A stretch of DNA of 64,000 nucleotides from Dehalococcoidia bacterium (GCA_965220655.1 CBDCQO010000012.1:166931-230930), one strand, 5' to 3'; numbered from the stretch's first letter, positions 41,045 to 51,028 are shown. Numbers and translations: made by a program. Notes: generated by a model from the letters alone, not told the origin.

Positions 41045-41970
41045 GCGGGGCCGGGGTGCAGGCGCTCAGCGTTTCGGGTGTCCACAAGCGTTTCGGCAAT
41101 GTGGAGGCCCTGCGCGGCGTCGACCTCTCGGTCGAGCAGGGTGAGATATTCGGCTTCCTCGGCCCGAACGGCGCGGGCAAGACCACGACCATCCGTGTCC
41201 TGACCGGGTTCATCCGTGCGGACCAGGGCGCCGCCAGGGTGCTGGGGATGGAGTCCTGGGGCGAGACGGTTGCCATCAAGGCGAAGCTTGGCTTCCTGCC
41301 GGACGTGGTGGCGTTCGCCAGCGGCTTCACGGGGCAGGACTTCCTGAACTACGTTGCAAGCCTGAGGGGCGTCAGAGGCAAACTCCCCCGCCAGACGGAG
41401 CTGCTGGAGCGCCTGGAACTCCCGGACTCTGCGCTCCGGCGGAAGGTGAAAGGGTACTCCTCGGGTATGGCGAAGAAGCTGGCGCTCGTGCAGGCGATGC
41501 AGCACGATCCCGACGTGCTGATCATGGACGAGCCGACCGAGGCGCTCGATCCCCTCATGCGGCAGGAGCTGTTCTCAATCATCAGGGAGGCGCGGGACAG
41601 AGGTGCGACAGTGTTCATGTCGTCCCACGTCTTGTCTGACGTGGAAGAGGTGTGTGAGCGGGTGGCGCTCATCCGCGACGGCCGCATCGTCGGGACGGGG
41701 TCGGTGGAAGCGCTGCGCGAAGGCAAGGCACGCACGATGGAAGTGGAGTTCCGGGAGCCGCCGTCAGGTGTGCTCGCCATTCCCGGCGTGGAAGTGTTGT
41801 CACAGGAAGGCACGAGGTGGGAGCTGGACATCTCCGGCGACATCAACGAGGTGCTGCGCGAGCTGGCGAAGCACGACGTAGCCGACATGACCTATGAGCG
41901 GTTGAGCCTGGAGGACCTGTTCATGGGCTTCTATGGCGAAGGCGGCGGCAGGGAGCTGGCGGATGCTTAG
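41041..41970 (+). CDS. ABC transporter ATP-binding protein (ABC-2/drug-exporter type)
   Basis: GPNGAGKTT, YSSGMAKKL signature and LIMDEPTEALD Walker B. ATGA overlap with recF. Confidence 0.9.
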   Translation: MSGAGVQALSVSGVHKRFGNVEALRGVDLSVEQGEIFGFLGPNGAGKTTTIRVLTGFIRADQGAARVLGMESWGETVAIKAKLGFLPDVVAFASGFTGQDFLNYVASLRGVRGKLPRQTELLERLELPDSALRRKVKGYSSGMAKKLALVQAMQHDPDVLIMDEPTEALDPLMRQELFSIIREARDRGATVFMSSHVLSDVEEVCERVALIRDGRIVGTGSVEALREGKARTMEVEFREPPSGVLAIPGVEVLSQEGTRWELDISGDINEVLRELAKHDVADMTYERLSLEDLFMGFYGEGGGRELADA

Positions 41971-42769
41971 CGTATTTACATACACGCTCCGGTCGCACCG
42001 CATCGGGTTGCTCGCCGTGTCGGCGGGCTTGTTCCTGATGAGCCTGATCATCGTCTATACGTTCGATGCGTTCGGTGGACTGGATGCGCTTGCCGATATG
42101 TTCGAATCGTTGCCTGCGCCGATGGCCGCGATGTTCCGCGCGCAGGCGGGGTTCGGGACGACGATAACGAGCTACATCGCACTCGACTACCGGCATCCGG
42201 TCTACATCATCGCGGGACTCGCGTTCGTGTTGTCGGTATCGAGCGGCGCGGCGGCACGCGAGATCGAGCGCGGCACGGCGTTGATGCTGCTCGCATCGCC
42301 AATGGCGCGCTGGCGCTACCTGGCAGCGAAGATAGGCGTGCTGGTGATGGGGGCCGTGGTCATCGTAACGATGTCCTGGCTGGGTTCGATGGCAGGCACG
42401 GCGCTTACGGGCGTTGCCGGCGACGTGGAAGGCGGGACGCTGATGCTGGCCCAGCTGAACGAACTGGGCGTGCTCCTGGCGGCGGGCGGCATCGCGGTGC
42501 TGCTCTCCGCCGTGAGCTCGGACGGTGGTCGTACGGTATCTGTAGCCGCCGGGATACTGACGGTGATGTACTTCCTCGACTTCGTGGGGGCGATATGGGG
42601 CCCGGCGGAGCCATTGGCGCCCCTGTCGATCTTCTACTACTTCGATCCCCTGGCTATAGCAACGAACGGCACGACGCTGCTGCGCGACGTAGTGGTGCTG
42701 TTCGGCGTCGGACTCGCGGGGTTCGTTGCCGCGCTCGTGCTGTTCCAGCGGCGTGACATCACGCGCTAG
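41963..42769 (+). CDS. ABC-2 type transporter permease
   Basis: About 6 TM segments. The ATG overlaps the ATPase stop. The listed ORF start 41933 is also possible. Confidence 0.75.
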   Translation: MLSVFTYTLRSHRIGLLAVSAGLFLMSLIIVYTFDAFGGLDALADMFESLPAPMAAMFRAQAGFGTTITSYIALDYRHPVYIIAGLAFVLSVSSGAAAREIERGTALMLLASPMARWRYLAAKIGVLVMGAVVIVTMSWLGSMAGTALTGVAGDVEGGTLMLAQLNELGVLLAAGGIAVLLSAVSSDGGRTVSVAAGILTVMYFLDFVGAIWGPAEPLAPLSIFYYFDPLAIATNGTTLLRDVVVLFGVGLAGFVAALVLFQRRDITR

Positions 42770-42777
42770 CGGCGCAA

Positions 42778-44232
42778 CTACAGTTCCGGATGCCGGTCGT
42801 GCCACTCCGACGCCTGTTCGTAGGCGTAGGCGGCGCGGAGGAGCGTGGGCTCGCTCAGGTGCGGGCCGAGCAGTTGCAGTCCGATGGGGAGGCCGTTCGC
42901 AAACCCGCACGGCACCGAGATGCCGGGGATACCCGCGATGTTCGCGGGTATGGTGCAGATGTCGTTTGCGTGCATGACGATGGGATCGACGATGCCGCCG
43001 ATCTCGAATGCAGTGGTCGGAGAGGTGGGGAGCGCCAGGACGTCAACGCGCTGGAAGGCGTCATGGAACTCCCGGCGGATGAGCGTCCGCACCTGCTGGG
43101 CCTTCTTGTAGTAGGCATCGTAGTACCCGGCTGAGAGCGCGTACGCTCCCATCAGGATGCGTCGGCGCACCTCCGCGCCGAAGCCGTTGCGCCGCGTCGC
43201 GTCCAAAGCGGCCCACATGCCGTCCGCTTCCTGGTCGGAGTAGCCGTACTTCACGCCGTCGTACCGGGCGAGGTTCGCCGAACACTCGGACGGCGCGAGG
43301 ATGTAGTAGACCGCAAGTGCTGCTCGCGACGTGGGCAGGGCGACCTCCTCGACGACTGCGCCCTGCGATTCGAGTACGGCGAGCGCGGCTTTCACTGACT
43401 CTGCGACCGTCGGGTCGATGCCGTCGCCGAGGTACTCCGGCACGACGCCGATGCGCAGCCCCTGCACGCCGTCTTCGAGTCCATCCGTGTAGTCCGGCGG
43501 CTCTGCGGGAATGCTGGTGGAATCCAGCGGGTCGGGCCCGGCGATGGCGTTGAGCACGACCGCAGCGTCCTCCACGGAACGCGTCAGGGGGCCGATCTGG
43601 TCGAGTGAGGATGCGAACGCGACGAGGCCATAGCGCGAAACGAGGCCGTAGGTTGGCTTGAGGCCGACGATGCCGCAGAGGGCGGCAGGCTGTCGGATGG
43701 AGCCGCCGGTGTCCGAGCCGAGCGAGTATGGCGCCAACCCCGCAGCGACTGCCGCCGCGGGCCCGCCGCTCGATCCGCCGGGCACACGGGAGGGGTCCCA
43801 GGGGTTGTGGACGGTCTTGAACGCCGAGGTCTCGTTGGAGGAGCCCATGGCGAACTCGTCCATGTTGCCCTTGCCGAGGAGTGCGCCCCCGGCCCTGGCG
43901 AGGCGGGTGGTCACGGTGGCGTCGTAGGGAGGAGTGTATCCCTCCAGCATGAGTGATGCGCAGGTCGTGGCTATGCCGCGCGTGGACAGGTTGTCCTTGA
44001 GTTGCAGAGGGATGCCGGTCAGCAGTCCTGCATCGCCCTGTGCGATACGGCGGTCAGCCTCGGCGGCTTGCGCCCGCGCGGTATCAGGCGTCACTGCCAG
44101 GTAAGCGCCGATGCCCGGATCCAGCTCGGCGATGCGCTCCAGGTGGGCCTCCGTGAGCTCCACAGAGGAGACTTCTCTCTCGGCCAGGGCGCGGGACATC
44201 CGGGTTACGGTCTGATAGTGCAGTTCGCTCAT
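42778..44232 (-). CDS. gatA: Glu/Asp-tRNA amidotransferase subunit A
   Basis: Amidase signature GGSSGGPAAAVAAG. The gene follows gatC. Confidence 0.95.
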   Translation of the reverse strand: MSELHYQTVTRMSRALAEREVSSVELTEAHLERIAELDPGIGAYLAVTPDTARAQAAEADRRIAQGDAGLLTGIPLQLKDNLSTRGIATTCASLMLEGYTPPYDATVTTRLARAGGALLGKGNMDEFAMGSSNETSAFKTVHNPWDPSRVPGGSSGGPAAAVAAGLAPYSLGSDTGGSIRQPAALCGIVGLKPTYGLVSRYGLVAFASSLDQIGPLTRSVEDAAVVLNAIAGPDPLDSTSIPAEPPDYTDGLEDGVQGLRIGVVPEYLGDGIDPTVAESVKAALAVLESQGAVVEEVALPTSRAALAVYYILAPSECSANLARYDGVKYGYSDQEADGMWAALDATRRNGFGAEVRRRILMGAYALSAGYYDAYYKKAQQVRTLIRREFHDAFQRVDVLALPTSPTTAFEIGGIVDPIVMHANDICTIPANIAGIPGISVPCGFANGLPIGLQLLGPHLSEPTLLRAAYAYEQASEWHDRHPEL

Positions 44233-44235
44233 CGA

Positions 44236-44550
44236 TCAGGATTCATCCATCACGGCTTGTACTCGGAAGAAGGAGCCTTCACGCCGTGGGGCGTTGGCGA
44301 GGACGTCCTCGCGCTCCAGCGGCGGGCGGGAGACGTCGTCGCGCATAACCGTGTGGACCTCCTCCACCGCATGACCTGTCGGCTCGATGCCGGAGGTATC
44401 TATGCGTTGCAGGACGCTCACTTCGTCGAGGAGCTTGGCCATCTCGGCGCGCAGCTGCTCGGCTTCTTCATCGGTGAGCCCGATGTGGCACAGCGCGGCG
44501 ACCTGCCGCACTTGCTCGACGGAGAGTTCAGGTTCCGGTTGGTTGGTCAT
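44236..44550 (-). CDS. gatC: Glu/Asp-tRNA amidotransferase subunit C
   Basis: 104 aa. VRQVAALCHIGLTDEE...L...V..L is typical of GatC. The start was trimmed to MTNQPEP. Confidence 0.9.
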   Translation of the reverse strand: MTNQPEPELSVEQVRQVAALCHIGLTDEEAEQLRAEMAKLLDEVSVLQRIDTSGIEPTGHAVEEVHTVMRDDVSRPPLEREDVLANAPRREGSFFRVQAVMDES

Positions 44551-44742
44551 GGTCGGTGACGCACGCGGATGCGCGGCAGGCTGGGGACAGTGGATAAGTC
44601 TATCAGACACATCCGGTCCGGGCGGGCAGGGGGGCTCCTAACGTGCGCTTACGCGCAAGCCAATCTGCTTCCGGTGCCTCTGGGGCAGGATTAAACTGAT
44701 TGCTCAGTCAGTGGAGGTTCGCCTGCCGAGAGGGACGCGCCG

Positions 44743-45048
44743 ATGAAGATATCCCAGATCGCCAATTACAGCTTGCTCGCCGAGGGTGGCCTCCCCCCTC
44801 TTCAGGCGATGGTGTACGAAGAGTTGATGCGCCGCCCGGACGAGGTGTTCGAGTACCAGGGCGACGAACTGATCAGGACTTTCCCCCGTATGAAGCGCTC
44901 CGCGCTCAACTGGTCGCTGTGGTTACTGGCGAAGACGGGGCACATCGGCAAATTACGGGTCCGGGTGGATGGCAGGCTGACGACGGTCTATGGCGCTCAC
45001 GAGGCGGTAGACGCGCTCAAAGAGCGTATGGGTATCGCCACTAACTAG
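44743..45048 (+). CDS. Small hypothetical protein, possibly winged-helix
   Basis: 101 aa with balanced composition. GAGAGGGA lies upstream of the ATG. A helix-turn-helix-like segment SALNWSLWLLAKTGHIGKL is followed by a beta-wing-like RVRVDGRLTTVY. Confidence 0.55.
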   Translation: MKISQIANYSLLAEGGLPPLQAMVYEELMRRPDEVFEYQGDELIRTFPRMKRSALNWSLWLLAKTGHIGKLRVRVDGRLTTVYGAHEAVDALKERMGIATN

Positions 45049-45066
45049 GCGGACCTGCCGGGGCCC

Positions 45067-45381
45067 TCAAGAGCCGGCCGACTGGTTTGCGAGGTCGCGG
45101 AGCAGCCTGTAGGGGAATATCCCTGTGTCGTGCAGGTCGCTGAAGAGCAGGCCGATGGCGTAGCGGCCTATCTCCATGTACTCCTCTATCGTCACGTCCG
45201 ACGGCACGTCGTCCACGCCTACGCGCCGCGTGTGCGTGATCTCGTCCACGCACTGGGCGCAGCCGCAGTGTCCCCGCAGGTAGCGGTGGGGGAGAAGGGT
45301 TTCGACTCCGTCTCTCCAGATGATGTGGAGTCCGTCCGGCGCGATATCTATCTGCCGGGGCTCGTACTGCTCTTCCGCCAT
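45067..45381 (-). CDS. DUF971 (gamma-butyrobetaine hydroxylase-like N-terminal) domain protein
   Basis: 104 aa. LHIIWRDG....LPHRYLRGHCGCAQC motif. The start was trimmed to MAEEQYEP. Confidence 0.8.
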   Translation of the reverse strand: MAEEQYEPRQIDIAPDGLHIIWRDGVETLLPHRYLRGHCGCAQCVDEITHTRRVGVDDVPSDVTIEEYMEIGRYAIGLLFSDLHDTGIFPYRLLRDLANQSAGS

Positions 45382-45416
45382 GATCCTGTCTCGTTCTCCC
45401 TTCGCAGGGTCGGGAA

Positions 45417-46370
45417 CTAGAGTTCCGCTTCCCTGCCGATGCCGCTCTCCAGCGCCTTGCGGTAGACGTGCATGCCGACGGTAACGTCCTCCATCGCCAG
45501 TCCCTGGGACTCGAAGAGGGTGATGGCCTCCGGCGACGGCCTGCCGACCACGCGCCCCGAAACCACGTCGCGCAGTTCCACGGCGTTCTCCCAGCGGAAC
45601 GCCCGGCGCTCGGCGGCCCAGATCAACTCGCCGCACTCTATCTTCGCGTCCTCGAGGTCGTCCACGACGACGATGTCGCTGCGGCGTATCGTCGTCTCGT
45701 CTACCTCGCGGCGCATCCAGTGGTTGCTCCCCGCCGCGTTGACGTGGGTGCCCAGGGCGAGCGATTCGCCGTCGAACACCGGCTCGCGCGAGTTGGTGAT
45801 GGCGCAGACGATAGCGGACCCGGCAACGGCGTCGTGCGCAGACTCGGCGGAACGCACGTCTATGCCGAGTTCGGCTGACATCCGGTGTGCGAACGCTTCT
45901 CGACGCTCCGGGTTGCGGCTATAGACGAGGGCTCGTTCGATCGGGCGGACCGCAGCGACGGCTGCAAGTTGCGTCCGCGCCTGGTAGCCGCTCCCGATGA
46001 CGGCAACCGTGCCGGCGTCCGAGCGCGCCATGTAACGGGTAGCCACACCGCTCGCGGCGCCGGTGCGTATCTGTCCGAGCGCGTTGGCCGCGAGCATGGC
46101 AAGAGGAGAGCCATCCTCGGCGCTGAAGAGGAGCACGACCATACTGCTCGGCCCCTGTGTACCGGTAACGTAGGTCTTCAGTCCGGTTGCTCCGGCGTCG
46201 TTGGACATCCCGGCCATCACCTGTTGCGCGCCCCGCATGAGCGGCAGCCGGTACCGTGGCATATTGGACACCGACCCCCTCGCCCATTCGGCGAATGCGG
46301 CGTCCAGCACGTCCACGCACTCGTTCATGGGGAGCAGGTCCCGTACTTCCTGTTCGTTCAGCAGCAGCAA
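45417..46370 (-). CDS. Ornithine cyclodeaminase / mu-crystallin family protein
   Basis: 317 aa. Family-typical pattern (..LKTY...., AVIGSGYQAR Rossmann motif). Confidence 0.85.
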   Translation of the reverse strand: MLLLNEQEVRDLLPMNECVDVLDAAFAEWARGSVSNMPRYRLPLMRGAQQVMAGMSNDAGATGLKTYVTGTQGPSSMVVLLFSAEDGSPLAMLAANALGQIRTGAASGVATRYMARSDAGTVAVIGSGYQARTQLAAVAAVRPIERALVYSRNPERREAFAHRMSAELGIDVRSAESAHDAVAGSAIVCAITNSREPVFDGESLALGTHVNAAGSNHWMRREVDETTIRRSDIVVVDDLEDAKIECGELIWAAERRAFRWENAVELRDVVSGRVVGRPSPEAITLFESQGLAMEDVTVGMHVYRKALESGIGREAEL

Positions 46371-46373
46371 GCG

Positions 46374-47474
46374 TTAGTTCTCCTCTTTGCCGTCGTCCAT
46401 ATCCAGAGCAAGCTGTCCCGGAGCCTGAACGGGCCGTAGATTGCTGACGCCGACGCCGATGAGGCGAACGTTCGTCCTGGGTTCCCAGTTGGCGTCCAAC
46501 AGATGCAGTGCATCCGCAAGTATCGCATCGGCGTGGGCTGTTGCGTTATCCCGGCTCGTGGAGCGGGTGAGCGTGGTGAAATCGGAAAGGCGGAGTTTGA
46601 GCGTAACGGTGCGGCCCACCAGGCCGTGACGCTCCAGCGAATGTGCTACCCGCTCCGCCATGCGCCGCAGTTCCTCCGCGAGTGATCCACGAGCGTTCAC
46701 GTCTTCCGCGAAGGTCTCCTCCGCACTCACGGACTTCGTCTCCCTGTCCGTTTCCACGGGGGATGGGTCTTCCCCTTGTGCTCGACGCTTGAGTGCCGCG
46801 CCCCATGGCCCCAGTACGGTTACCAGCGCCTCTGGCGACGCGGCGGCGATCTGACCGAGTGTGTGGAACCCGTGCGCCTTCAGACGCTCCGTGGAGCGCG
46901 GGCCGATGCCGGGCAGGGAGCGCACGTCCAGGTCCGCGAGGAACGTCGATTCCGTTCCCGGCTCTACGACGACGAATCCTCCCGGTTTGCCCGTTTCACA
47001 GGCGACCTTCGCGACCATCTTGTTGCTCGCGATACCCACGGAACATGGGAGGCCGAGGTCAACACGTACCCGGCCCTGCATCCGGTGGGCGCGGCCGGCA
47101 GCCTCCTGCATGTCCTTCGATACGGGCGTAAGGTCGACGTAGGCCTCGTCTATGGACATCTGCTGGATGACGCCGGACTCCTGCTGAAGGATGTCCATCA
47201 CTCGCCCGGAGTGTTCGCGGTAGAGGTGGAAGCGTGGCCGAAGGACAACCGCCTCCGGACAGAGCCGTACGGCGCGGGACATGGGCATGGCAGAGTGGCA
47301 GCCGTACTTCCGCGCTTCGTACGAGGCTGCCGCCACCACCCCTCGCGACGTGGGGCTGCCTCCGATGAGCAACGGCTTTCCGGCAAGGGACGGCTCTTCG
47401 AGCACCTCCACCGAGGCGTAGAAGGCGTCCAGGTCTACGAGGGCGATGTACCGCTGGTCATCCACGGCGCTCAT
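46374..47474 (-). CDS. dinB: DNA polymerase IV (Y-family)
   Basis: IALVDLDAFYASVE and SIDEAYVDLT motifs. The start was trimmed to MSAVDDQRY. Confidence 0.92.
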   Translation of the reverse strand: MSAVDDQRYIALVDLDAFYASVEVLEEPSLAGKPLLIGGSPTSRGVVAAASYEARKYGCHSAMPMSRAVRLCPEAVVLRPRFHLYREHSGRVMDILQQESGVIQQMSIDEAYVDLTPVSKDMQEAAGRAHRMQGRVRVDLGLPCSVGIASNKMVAKVACETGKPGGFVVVEPGTESTFLADLDVRSLPGIGPRSTERLKAHGFHTLGQIAAASPEALVTVLGPWGAALKRRAQGEDPSPVETDRETKSVSAEETFAEDVNARGSLAEELRRMAERVAHSLERHGLVGRTVTLKLRLSDFTTLTRSTSRDNATAHADAILADALHLLDANWEPRTNVRLIGVGVSNLRPVQAPGQLALDMDDGKEEN

Positions 47475-47543
47475 GGTAGCCCTGGTGTCGCGTGCGTGGA
47501 AACGGTCGATTGTCGTAGGCACGCTGGATACGGGGCGTGCGAA

Positions 47544-47588
47544 ATTGAAGGCCACCTCCCGCACGCGTGCAGGGAGGTGGCCTTCAAT
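47544..47588 (-). terminator. 17-bp perfect hairpin downstream of hup (putative terminator or attenuator before dinB)
   Basis: attgaaggccacctccc (47544-47560) pairs with gggaggtggccttcaat (47572-47588) around an 11-nt loop. The trailing U-tract on the minus strand is weak. Confidence 0.55.
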
Positions 47589-47619
47589 CGACTGTAGGAC
47601 TGGGGTGTGTGCTGTCAGG

Positions 47620-47913
47620 CTACTTGCGTACCGCCCCTGCGAGATCTGCGCCTGCCGTGAAACCGACACGCTTGTGAGCGGGGACGTTGATGCGTTGTCC
47701 TGCCTGCGGACCGCGGATGGCTGTTACCTGCCGTTCCTTCACCTGCCGGGACTCGAAAGAGCCGAACCCGGTAAGGACGACACGATCTCCGGCTGCCACC
47801 GCTTCTGTGATGCTTTCGAGCACTGCATTGAGTGCGGCGTCTCCCGCGGCACGGGTTCCGTTAAGCTTGAGCGAGACTCTCAGCGCCAGGTCTCCCTTAC
47901 GAATTGTTGCCAC
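47620..47913 (-). CDS. hup: HU-family DNA-binding protein
   Basis: 97 aa. LTGFGSFESR and the arm RNPQTGE-like IRGPQAGQRI. GTG start after GAGGAGGTG. Confidence 0.9.
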   Translation of the reverse strand: MATIRKGDLALRVSLKLNGTRAAGDAALNAVLESITEAVAAGDRVVLTGFGSFESRQVKERQVTAIRGPQAGQRINVPAHKRVGFTAGADLAGAVRK

Positions 47914-48018
47914 CCTTTCACACCTCCTCGCACTAAGGCTGGGGCGAGGCCTCAATGCTTCTGTGGTTCGGGGCAGTATAGCACGGGCGCAGCGTGCCGG
48001 ACGGATACAGAGGCTCAC

Positions 48019-48834
48019 TCAGGTAGTCGGCTCTCGGCCCCACCACGCGTGGAAGTGATGCAATGGCCCATGCCCCCCTCCGATGGGAGGAGCGCCCGCG
48101 ATGGCTGCGGTGACGTACGCTTTCGCGTCGGACACCGCGCCCTCCACGGTGTTGCCGCGTGCGAGCCCGGCAGCGACTGCCGATGCGAACGTGCAACCTG
48201 TGCCGTGCGTGCTGGTCGTGGCGATGCGCTTCGCAGGGAACTCAGTGAACGCTGAACCGTCGTACAGCACGTCCACTGCGTCCTCGCCGAAATGGCCTCC
48301 CTTCACGACGACGTAGCGGCAGCCCATGGCGTGGATGGCGCGTCCAGCGTCCCGTGCCTGCTCCATCGTTTCAACCGGATGCCCACAGAGGGCGGCTGCT
48401 TCTCCTGCATTCGGCGTGGAGACCAGCGCCAGGGGGAGCAGTCGGGAAACCAGTGCGGTTACGGCATCCTCACGCAGCAGGCGGTCGCCGCCTTTTGCCA
48501 CCATCACCGGGTCCACGACGAGTTGCTCCACGCCGTGATGCCGGAGCCGTTCGGCAACTGTCTCGATGATCGCTGCGCTGGAGAGCATCCCCGTCTTCAC
48601 AGCGTCCATACCGATGTCAGTCGCCACGGCGTCTACCTGGGCGCTGATCACGTCCACCGGCAGTTCGTGGATAGCCGTGACGCCCAATGTGTTCTGCGCG
48701 GTGACGGCGGTCAGTGCGCTTGCCCCGTACACCTCGAATGCGGCGAACGTCTTGAGGTCGGCTTGTATGCCAGCGCCGCCTCCCGAGTCAGAACCTGCGA
48801 TCGTCAGTGCGATGGGAGTACGCCCTTCGTTCAT
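48019..48834 (-). CDS. thiD: Hydroxymethylpyrimidine/phosphomethylpyrimidine kinase
   Basis: ALTIAGSDSGGGAGIQADLKTF N-terminus, GTGCT.ASA. The start was trimmed to MNEGRTP. Confidence 0.93.
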   Translation of the reverse strand: MNEGRTPIALTIAGSDSGGGAGIQADLKTFAAFEVYGASALTAVTAQNTLGVTAIHELPVDVISAQVDAVATDIGMDAVKTGMLSSAAIIETVAERLRHHGVEQLVVDPVMVAKGGDRLLREDAVTALVSRLLPLALVSTPNAGEAAALCGHPVETMEQARDAGRAIHAMGCRYVVVKGGHFGEDAVDVLYDGSAFTEFPAKRIATTSTHGTGCTFASAVAAGLARGNTVEGAVSDAKAYVTAAIAGAPPIGGGHGPLHHFHAWWGREPTT

Positions 48835-49502
48835 ACTGGCCACGCCTCCTGGTTCCATGCCATCTCCCAGAAGAGGTACTCGTAGCGGGAGCTGGTGACG
48901 AACGTCTCTTCGATGCGGGCCAACTCGTCCTCGGGCAGCCCTTCAGCGATGCGGTCGAGCAGACCGCGGCACCACTCGGCCAGTTCGGCGAACTCGGCGG
49001 ACGCGTACATGTCGATCCATGCGGCGTAGCGCGGGTCTTCCGGCCGTCCTCGTGCAGCGAGCCGCTGGCCGACCTCCGAGAACCCCCACATGCACGGCAG
49101 CAGCGCGCCGACGACCTCGGGGAAACTGCCCGTCGCAGCCGTCCGAACGAGGAAGTCCGTGTACGCGCGGCAGGTGGGTGACATCTCCTCGGTCTCCAGG
49201 TCTTCCTCGCTGATGCCGAACTCCGCCGCGTAAGAGCGGTGCATGGACATCTCCACGTTCAGCGTCTCGTTCGTGAGCTGTGCCAGCTTCGTCATCACCT
49301 CGAGGTTGGGGGCGCGCGCCGACGCTGTCGCGAGCATCCGGGCGTACTCGATCAGGAAGCGGTAGTCCTGCCGCACCCAGTGCCGGAAACGGGCGATGTC
49401 CAGGCTGCCGTCGCCGATGCCCCGGATGAACGGGTGCTCGTGCTGCGCCTCCCACACGTCCGCGGCTGCTGCCTTCAAACAGGAACTGAATGGTTCAGGC
49501 AT
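48831..49502 (-). CDS. tenA: Thiaminase II / aminopyrimidine aminohydrolase
   Basis: HPFIRGIGDGSL....F..WVRQDY.FL TenA signature. Overlaps the thiD start by 4 nt. Confidence 0.9.
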   Translation of the reverse strand: MPEPFSSCLKAAAADVWEAQHEHPFIRGIGDGSLDIARFRHWVRQDYRFLIEYARMLATASARAPNLEVMTKLAQLTNETLNVEMSMHRSYAAEFGISEEDLETEEMSPTCRAYTDFLVRTAATGSFPEVVGALLPCMWGFSEVGQRLAARGRPEDPRYAAWIDMYASAEFAELAEWCRGLLDRIAEGLPEDELARIEETFVTSSRYEYLFWEMAWNQEAWPV

Positions 49503-49505
49503 GGC

Positions 49506-51008
49506 TCACGCTTCGCTCTCCAGCGGGCGTATCTCGTCGGCAAGCGTTTCCAGCTCGAACCCCGCACCACCGCGCTGCCTGGCTGCGGATACGAACAACA
49601 CCGTAACTACCGACGAGGTGACGACGGCGAGGAGGAAGCTGGCCAGCAGGTTCCCGGACGCGAGGATGTGCCATACGCTCGTGAGTCCCTCCCACGTCCA
49701 CCAGCCGGAAAGGTCCGGTTTGGGGAAGAAGAGAGCTCCCACGATTATGCCGAGTACCGCACCGGTGACAGCCCCCGTTCCACTCAGATGTCGGCTCCAC
49801 ATGCCGGCGAATACCGGCACCATCGCGCCGGCGCAGACCAGGTCCGCTATGAGAAAGAGGTAGAGCACGCTGTCGAACGCATAACCGACGATAGCGGCTG
49901 GGATGATGAGGAATGCGGTGATGAGCCGGGTGGAACGGAGCAGCCCCCGCCCGCCACGGATGCGTGAAAGGTCGGTCGTGAACACGCTCGCCATGCCGTT
50001 GAGGAGCGTGTCCATGCTGCTCATCACGAGCACGAGCGCAAGCGCGACCAGGACAACGAGCGCCCAACCGGGCAGCACCTCCAGGGCCAGCGAGAAGAGC
50101 GCGATGGAAGCGGGTTGGTCGTCGTTCACCAGCCCGCTGCTGACGGCCCACAGTCCGAAGAACCCGGCGGCGATGATCAGCGGGACGACGATGGCGCCTG
50201 CGCCAAGGAAGCCGCGCCAGATGTCGCCGTCTGTCCTTGCCGCGTATACGCGTTGCCAGAGCCCCTGGTGGAAGAGGTTCGCCGCGAGGATGGCGATCAC
50301 GAGCGTGAGGCCGAACTCGATGCCGTGCAGCTGGGTGACGTCCAGCAGCGCCGCGTTCTCTTCCCGTACCGTATCGAAGGCTGCCGTCCAACCGCCGAAG
50401 TGGGCGAGCGTGGCGATGAGGACGGCGATGAGCAAGGGGATGATGATGGCGAACTGGATGTTGTCCGTGAAAATGGAGGCCCGGAGGCCACCGTAGACGG
50501 TGTAGGCCAGCGTTGCGACGCCGACGAGCACGAGTGTCAGCACCAGCGGCGCGTCGGCAACCTGCCCGACCGCCCGGGCGATAGCCCCCATCTCGGCGGC
50601 AAGGAAGGTGAACATATAGAGGACGATGATGAGGAGTGTAAGGAGATACATCGCGCGGCCGTACCGCTGCCAGACGAACTCGCTCAGGGAGTGGCCGTTC
50701 GGCGCCAGCCTGCGCATGCGTGGCCCGACAACGGTGAAGGCCACGATGGGCGCGGCCTGCCCGATGCCGTACCCGATGAGAGCGGCAACCCCTGCCCAGG
50801 TCGCCGCTTCGGCAGGGCTGAACAGGATCCACGCCCCGAGCAGGGATGCGGCCATGGTGGCCATCGCGGTCATGCCGCCGATGGAGCCGCGCGCAGAGAC
50901 GAAGTCCTCGATGGTCTGCCGCCTCGCCCTCGTGTAGGTGATGCCCGCGGCGGACATGATGGCCATGGTGATGATCGCTGCGATGAGAGCCCAGGCCTCG
51001 GTAGACAT
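49506..51008 (-). CDS. Sodium:solute symporter family transporter, probably for a thiamine pyrimidine precursor (ThiV-like)
   Basis: 500 aa with about 13 TM segments, of SSS type. It is the first gene after a TPP riboswitch and is followed by tenA-thiD. Confidence 0.8.
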   Translation of the reverse strand: MSTEAWALIAAIITMAIMSAAGITYTRARRQTIEDFVSARGSIGGMTAMATMAASLLGAWILFSPAEAATWAGVAALIGYGIGQAAPIVAFTVVGPRMRRLAPNGHSLSEFVWQRYGRAMYLLTLLIIVLYMFTFLAAEMGAIARAVGQVADAPLVLTLVLVGVATLAYTVYGGLRASIFTDNIQFAIIIPLLIAVLIATLAHFGGWTAAFDTVREENAALLDVTQLHGIEFGLTLVIAILAANLFHQGLWQRVYAARTDGDIWRGFLGAGAIVVPLIIAAGFFGLWAVSSGLVNDDQPASIALFSLALEVLPGWALVVLVALALVLVMSSMDTLLNGMASVFTTDLSRIRGGRGLLRSTRLITAFLIIPAAIVGYAFDSVLYLFLIADLVCAGAMVPVFAGMWSRHLSGTGAVTGAVLGIIVGALFFPKPDLSGWWTWEGLTSVWHILASGNLLASFLLAVVTSSVVTVLFVSAARQRGGAGFELETLADEIRPLESEA

Positions 51009-51028
51009 CGCGTCTCCTCCTGCATAGC

